From: an uncultured virus (IMG/VR IMGVR_UViG_3300022939_000006)
Taxonomy: Duplodnaviria; Heunggongvirae; Uroviricota; Caudoviricetes
IMG/VR virus record: IMGVR_UViG_3300022939_000006
Strand: one strand, 5' to 3'
Length of the DNA stretch: 20,000 bases
Shown here: in pieces, positions 16,673 to 20,000 of the stretch
How the letters are laid out: each line of letters begins with the position of its first letter
Position numbering within the stretch: the stretch's first letter is position 1
The notes under the pieces: model-generated
The model's database searches: none
What the model was told of the DNA's origin: nothing
The model's input: only the letters and a program-made list of their open reading frames with translations
Translations under genes and position numbers: made by a program

Positions 16673-18129
16673 TGGCAAGTTGTAAATTAATTATCGAAGA
16701 CGAAGTGAACATAAAGATAGAAGGACTTGAAGTAGATGTACGCAGGAAGCTCTCTAACGCTCTTAAGTTTGAAGTGCCATACGCTAGATACATGCCACAA
16801 TATAAGTTGGGAAGATGGGACGGTAAGGTTGCTTTCTTTGGTATTGGCGGCACCGGCTACGTTAATCATCTTAATGTTATTACTGATGTACTGGCAAAAA
16901 ATAATGTACAAATAGTAGATATTGAAGACAGACGACATACAATCAAATTAGATTTTCAAATTATTAGTGAAGATTTCTGGGGTACAAAAACCTGGCCAAA
17001 AGGTCACCCTGCCGAAGGCGAACCAATACGTTTGCGGGATTATCAAGTTGAGGTAATAAACAACTTCTTGGAAAATCCACAATCATTACAAGAAGTGGCT
17101 ACAGGCGCGGGCAAGACTATTATAACAGCTACACTGAGTAAGATCACAGAACCATATGGACGTAGTCTAGTAATTGTTCCTAATAAAAGTTTAGTAACAC
17201 AAACTGAGGAAGATTATATAAACTGTGGACTTGATGTGGGCGTATATTTTGGCGACAGAAAAGAACTAGGCAAGACTCATACTATTTGTACATGGCAAAG
17301 TTTAAATATTTTAGATAAAAAGTTTAAAGATGGCAGTGCAGTATTAGGTCTTGCCGAGTTTCTAGATGGTGTAAGCACAGTAATTATCGACGAAGTGCAT
17401 CAAGCAAAAGCAGAAGTTTTAAAAACATTACTTACACGGAATCTAAAAAATGCTCCAATACGTTGGGGACTAACTGGTACTATACCTAAAGAACGTTTTG
17501 AATTTGAAAGTATACATGCAAGCATTGGGCCTGTTATAGGACAAGTGAGTGCAAAAGAACTACAAGACAAAGGTGTGCTATCACAATGTCATGTAAATGT
17601 AGTACAGCTATTAGATACAGTAGCACACAGAGACTACCAATCAGAATTAAAATATCTTGTAACAAATGAAGATAGAATAAAATACATAGCATCATTATTA
17701 AACAAAGTAAAACAATCAGGCAATACACTAATACTTGTAGATAGAATATCAGCAGGCGAAAAACTTCAAGAACTTATCCCAGGCAGTACATTTGTAAAAG
17801 GCGATGTTAAATTAAAAGATAGAAAGGAAGCGTATGACGAAATTAACGAAGGAACAAATCACGTGGTCATTGCTACGTATGGTGTCGCCGCTGTTGGCAT
17901 TAATATTCCTCGCATTTTTAATCTTGTCCTCATTGAACCTGGTAAATCTTTTGTAAGAGTAATCCAGTCAATAGGCAGAGGCGTCAGAAAGGCAAAGGAC
18001 AAAGACTTCGTTCAAATATGGGATCTTACAAGCACTTGTAAGTTTGCGAAGCGGCACCTTACTCAACGTAAAAAGTTTTACAAAGAGGCGCAGTACCCAT
18101 TCACAATAGAAAAAGTAGAATGGAACTAG
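16672..18129 (+). CDS. uvsW: SF2 DNA helicase UvsW
   Basis: N-terminal YKLGRWDGK, Q motif LRDYQ, ATGAGKT, IIDEVH, GLTGT and QSIGRGVR. Confidence 0.92.
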   Translation: MASCKLIIEDEVNIKIEGLEVDVRRKLSNALKFEVPYARYMPQYKLGRWDGKVAFFGIGGTGYVNHLNVITDVLAKNNVQIVDIEDRRHTIKLDFQIISEDFWGTKTWPKGHPAEGEPIRLRDYQVEVINNFLENPQSLQEVATGAGKTIITATLSKITEPYGRSLVIVPNKSLVTQTEEDYINCGLDVGVYFGDRKELGKTHTICTWQSLNILDKKFKDGSAVLGLAEFLDGVSTVIIDEVHQAKAEVLKTLLTRNLKNAPIRWGLTGTIPKERFEFESIHASIGPVIGQVSAKELQDKGVLSQCHVNVVQLLDTVAHRDYQSELKYLVTNEDRIKYIASLLNKVKQSGNTLILVDRISAGEKLQELIPGSTFVKGDVKLKDRKEAYDEINEGTNHVVIATYGVAAVGINIPRIFNLVLIEPGKSFVRVIQSIGRGVRKAKDKDFVQIWDLTSTCKFAKRHLTQRKKFYKEAQYPFTIEKVEWN

Positions 18130-18130
18130 T

Positions 18131-18637
18131 ATGAGAATATTAACTTTAGAGAATACATGTTATGATCTAAAAAATTTACCAGAGCAGTTAGAAGAAGATA
18201 TAAGATTTAGTGTATTAGATAATTCAGATCCAAAAAATCCAGATTTCTTTTATGTACCGTTAATTTTTTTAGAATCGTTCAGTGCACCAGCAATGGTTTT
18301 AGATATAAAGGGACATGAAATAACAATGCCTTTAGATTGGTGTGTAGCAGTTGGAGATAGAGAAGCATATAATGATTTGGAAGTATTACCTTTAACAAGT
18401 TTAAATGATAGGGGCTTTCAAGCATTTTTATTCAATCCATTAACTAGCTATGCTCCGGACTTTGGTGAAATAAAAATTACACATTTCTATAATGATGTTA
18501 AATGGTATTTTCCAAAAATGAAAAACGGACAGTTACTTAGTGTACCTATCACAGATGGACCAAATCCTAAATGTGCATTTTTTGTAAAAGACATTTCGCG
18601 TCAAAGTGAAATTATAGAATACAGTCAGCTAATATAG
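18131..18637 (+). CDS. Hypothetical beta-rich phage protein (168 aa)
   Basis: ORF starts 1 nt after the uvsW stop with phage-like codon usage. No recognised motif. Confidence 0.75.
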   Translation: MRILTLENTCYDLKNLPEQLEEDIRFSVLDNSDPKNPDFFYVPLIFLESFSAPAMVLDIKGHEITMPLDWCVAVGDREAYNDLEVLPLTSLNDRGFQAFLFNPLTSYAPDFGEIKITHFYNDVKWYFPKMKNGQLLSVPITDGPNPKCAFFVKDISRQSEIIEYSQLI

Positions 18638-18646
18638 GAGACTAAA

Positions 18647-19000
18647 ATGAAAGCAGGCAAGATATGGGGACAGACAGAACTTATCCATGCAAATGGAGTA
18701 CTAGAGTTCCATCGTATTGAATTCAAAAAAGGATTCAAATGTAGTGAACATGAACACAAGTATAAATGGAATGGCTTTTTTGTAGAGTCAGGTAAGATGC
18801 TTGTACGTGTTTGGCAAACAGCAGATCAAGATGGTTTAGTAGACGAAACTATTCTTGAAGCAGGTGACTTTACACAAGTTAAACCAGGCTTAGTGCATCA
18901 GTTCGAAGGACTAGAAAATGGTGTTGCATTTGAGCTTTATTGGGCTGAATTTAACCATAATGACATAGTTAGGCGTACAGTTGGAACAAAAACTTCTTGA
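18647..19000 (+). CDS. Cupin-fold protein (possible sugar isomerase)
   Basis: KIWG, CSEHEH...FFVESG and VKPGLVHQF cupin motifs, with SD AGGAG. Confidence 0.8.
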   Translation: MKAGKIWGQTELIHANGVLEFHRIEFKKGFKCSEHEHKYKWNGFFVESGKMLVRVWQTADQDGLVDETILEAGDFTQVKPGLVHQFEGLENGVAFELYWAEFNHNDIVRRTVGTKTS

Positions 19001-19025
19001 CATTAACCTAAATATGTTGTATATT
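18997..19025 (+). promoter_or_regulatory. Sigma70-type promoter for folE-yhhQ with a nested TAAATA late core
   Basis: TTGACA (18997-19002), 17-nt spacer, TATATT (19020-19025). TAAATA lies at 19009-19014 inside the spacer. Confidence 0.8.
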
Positions 19026-19066
19026 ATAATGAACGACATCCACGTCGATAACTCGGAGAAACAAAT

Positions 19067-19753
19067 ATGAGCAAAAGTTTACAACTAAGAACACGCCTTG
19101 AAGAAGAAGGTATTCGCTATTGGGCAGGAGACAATATCTCTTATGTTATGCAAAAAGGCGATAAAGAAGAACTAATTGAAGAAGCAACTAAAGCATTTGA
19201 AAATGTACTAGACTGTTTAGTTATAGATCGTAAGAATGATCCTAATTCACAAGACACTGCAAGACGTCTAGCAAAAATGTATTTTAATGAAATTATGAGT
19301 GGTAGATATGATGTACGTCCTAATGCTACTGCATTTCCAAATGTTACAAACGATCCTTATAAAGGAATGTTAGTTGTAAGAAGCGAACTCAAATCAATGT
19401 GTTCGCATCATCATCAACCAGTTAGCGGTGTAGCTTATATAGGTATTATTGCGGCAGATACTTTAATTGGATTAAGCAAGTATACACGTTTAGCACAATG
19501 GTGTGCAAGACGTGGTACACTACAAGAAGAACTTGCTATGGACATTGCACGAGAAATCATGCAAGCTACAGGTTCGGAAAATGTAGGTGTATATATCCAA
19601 GCAACACACGGTTGTTGTGAAAACCGTGGAATAGGCGCACACTCAAGTTTAACGCAGACTACTGTGTTAAAAGGTGCATTCGCAGACGATGCAGGAACAA
19701 AAAAAGAGTTTATGGATAACATTAAACTCCAGCAACAGTTTGCACCTAAATAA
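19067..19753 (+). CDS. folE: GTP cyclohydrolase I
   Basis: DTARRLAKMY, SMCSHH (Zn ligands), GLSKYTR, LQEEL and HGCCENRG motifs. Confidence 0.95.
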   Translation: MSKSLQLRTRLEEEGIRYWAGDNISYVMQKGDKEELIEEATKAFENVLDCLVIDRKNDPNSQDTARRLAKMYFNEIMSGRYDVRPNATAFPNVTNDPYKGMLVVRSELKSMCSHHHQPVSGVAYIGIIAADTLIGLSKYTRLAQWCARRGTLQEELAMDIAREIMQATGSENVGVYIQATHGCCENRGIGAHSSLTQTTVLKGAFADDAGTKKEFMDNIKLQQQFAPK

Positions 19754-19773
19754 AACCAAAGGGAGAATAAAAT

Positions 19774-20000
19774 ATGTTCCAAAAACTTTTAGACGGTGTT
19801 GATAAGACACTTGTTCGCAATTTAGTAATTTTACATACGCTTGTAATTGCTGTGTCAAATTACTTAGTAACAATTAGATTTAATGTGTTTCCTGGCGCAG
19901 ACTTACCATTGTTTGGTGAGTTTCCACTTGCGGCGGCCGCATTTACATTTCCGATTGTTGTAGTTGCAACTGACTTAACTGTACGTTTAGTTGGTAAGGA
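19774..20000 (+). CDS. yhhQ: Queuosine-precursor (preQ0/preQ1) transporter YhhQ, VUT family; partial at the right edge and absent from the ORF track
   Basis: SD GGGAG at 19761-19765. Translation MFQKLLDGVDKTLVRNLVILHTLVIAVSNYLVTIRF...AAAAFTFPIVVVATDLTVRLVGK matches, from memory, the E. coli YhhQ motifs H..VI..SNYLV and AF.FP....ATDLTVR..G. Confidence 0.85.
   Translation, partial: MFQKLLDGVDKTLVRNLVILHTLVIAVSNYLVTIRFNVFPGADLPLFGEFPLAAAAFTFPIVVVATDLTVRLVGK

Noticed and set aside
4345..17308. Intragenic TAAATA hexamers (e.g. 4345, 6862, 6934, 7330, 7357, 15715, 16254, 17303)
   Set aside because: Not positioned before gene starts, and expected as background at this AT content.
19435..19873. Minus-strand ORFs 19435..19782 and 19667..19873
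   Set aside because: Antisense to folE and yhhQ, both of which have clear family motifs.
1..20000. tRNA, CRISPR array, IS element or alternative genetic code
   Set aside because: No cloverleaf, repeat-spacer array or transposase seen. Intergenic gaps are tiny, and TAA, TAG and TGA all terminate genes normally.

Overview
A 20-kb, AT-rich, densely coding segment of a large T4-like (Tevenvirinae-style) tailed phage genome, probably from an uncultured aquatic lineage. Order: 3' end of an unknown gene, terminator, terminase large subunit, a large acidic putative head protein, gp32 SSB, UvsX, a small acidic protein, UvsY, then an ~8.6-kb glycan-modification island, then a hypothetical gene, UvsW helicase, a hypothetical gene, a cupin, folE and a partial yhhQ (preQ0/preQ1 transporter). 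The island holds two GT-A paralogs, four KpsS/KpsC-like paralogs, a GT8-like transferase, a SAM methyltransferase, an alpha/beta hydrolase, an SGNH protein and a cytidylyltransferase-cupin fusion. Sequence-level signals: (i) T4 late-promoter cores (TAAATA) sit 4-5 nt before the ATG of five genes with no Shine-Dalgarno, implying leaderless late mRNAs; (ii) GCWGC appears absent, and all 20 Ala-Ala junctions I checked use GCSGC; (iii) the folE-yhhQ leader holds a possible SD-sequestering pseudoknot and a uORF rich in queuosine-decoded codons; (iv) the gp32 leader has AGGCA repeats at a 14-nt period. Protein calls come from motif recognition by eye, not from database searches.
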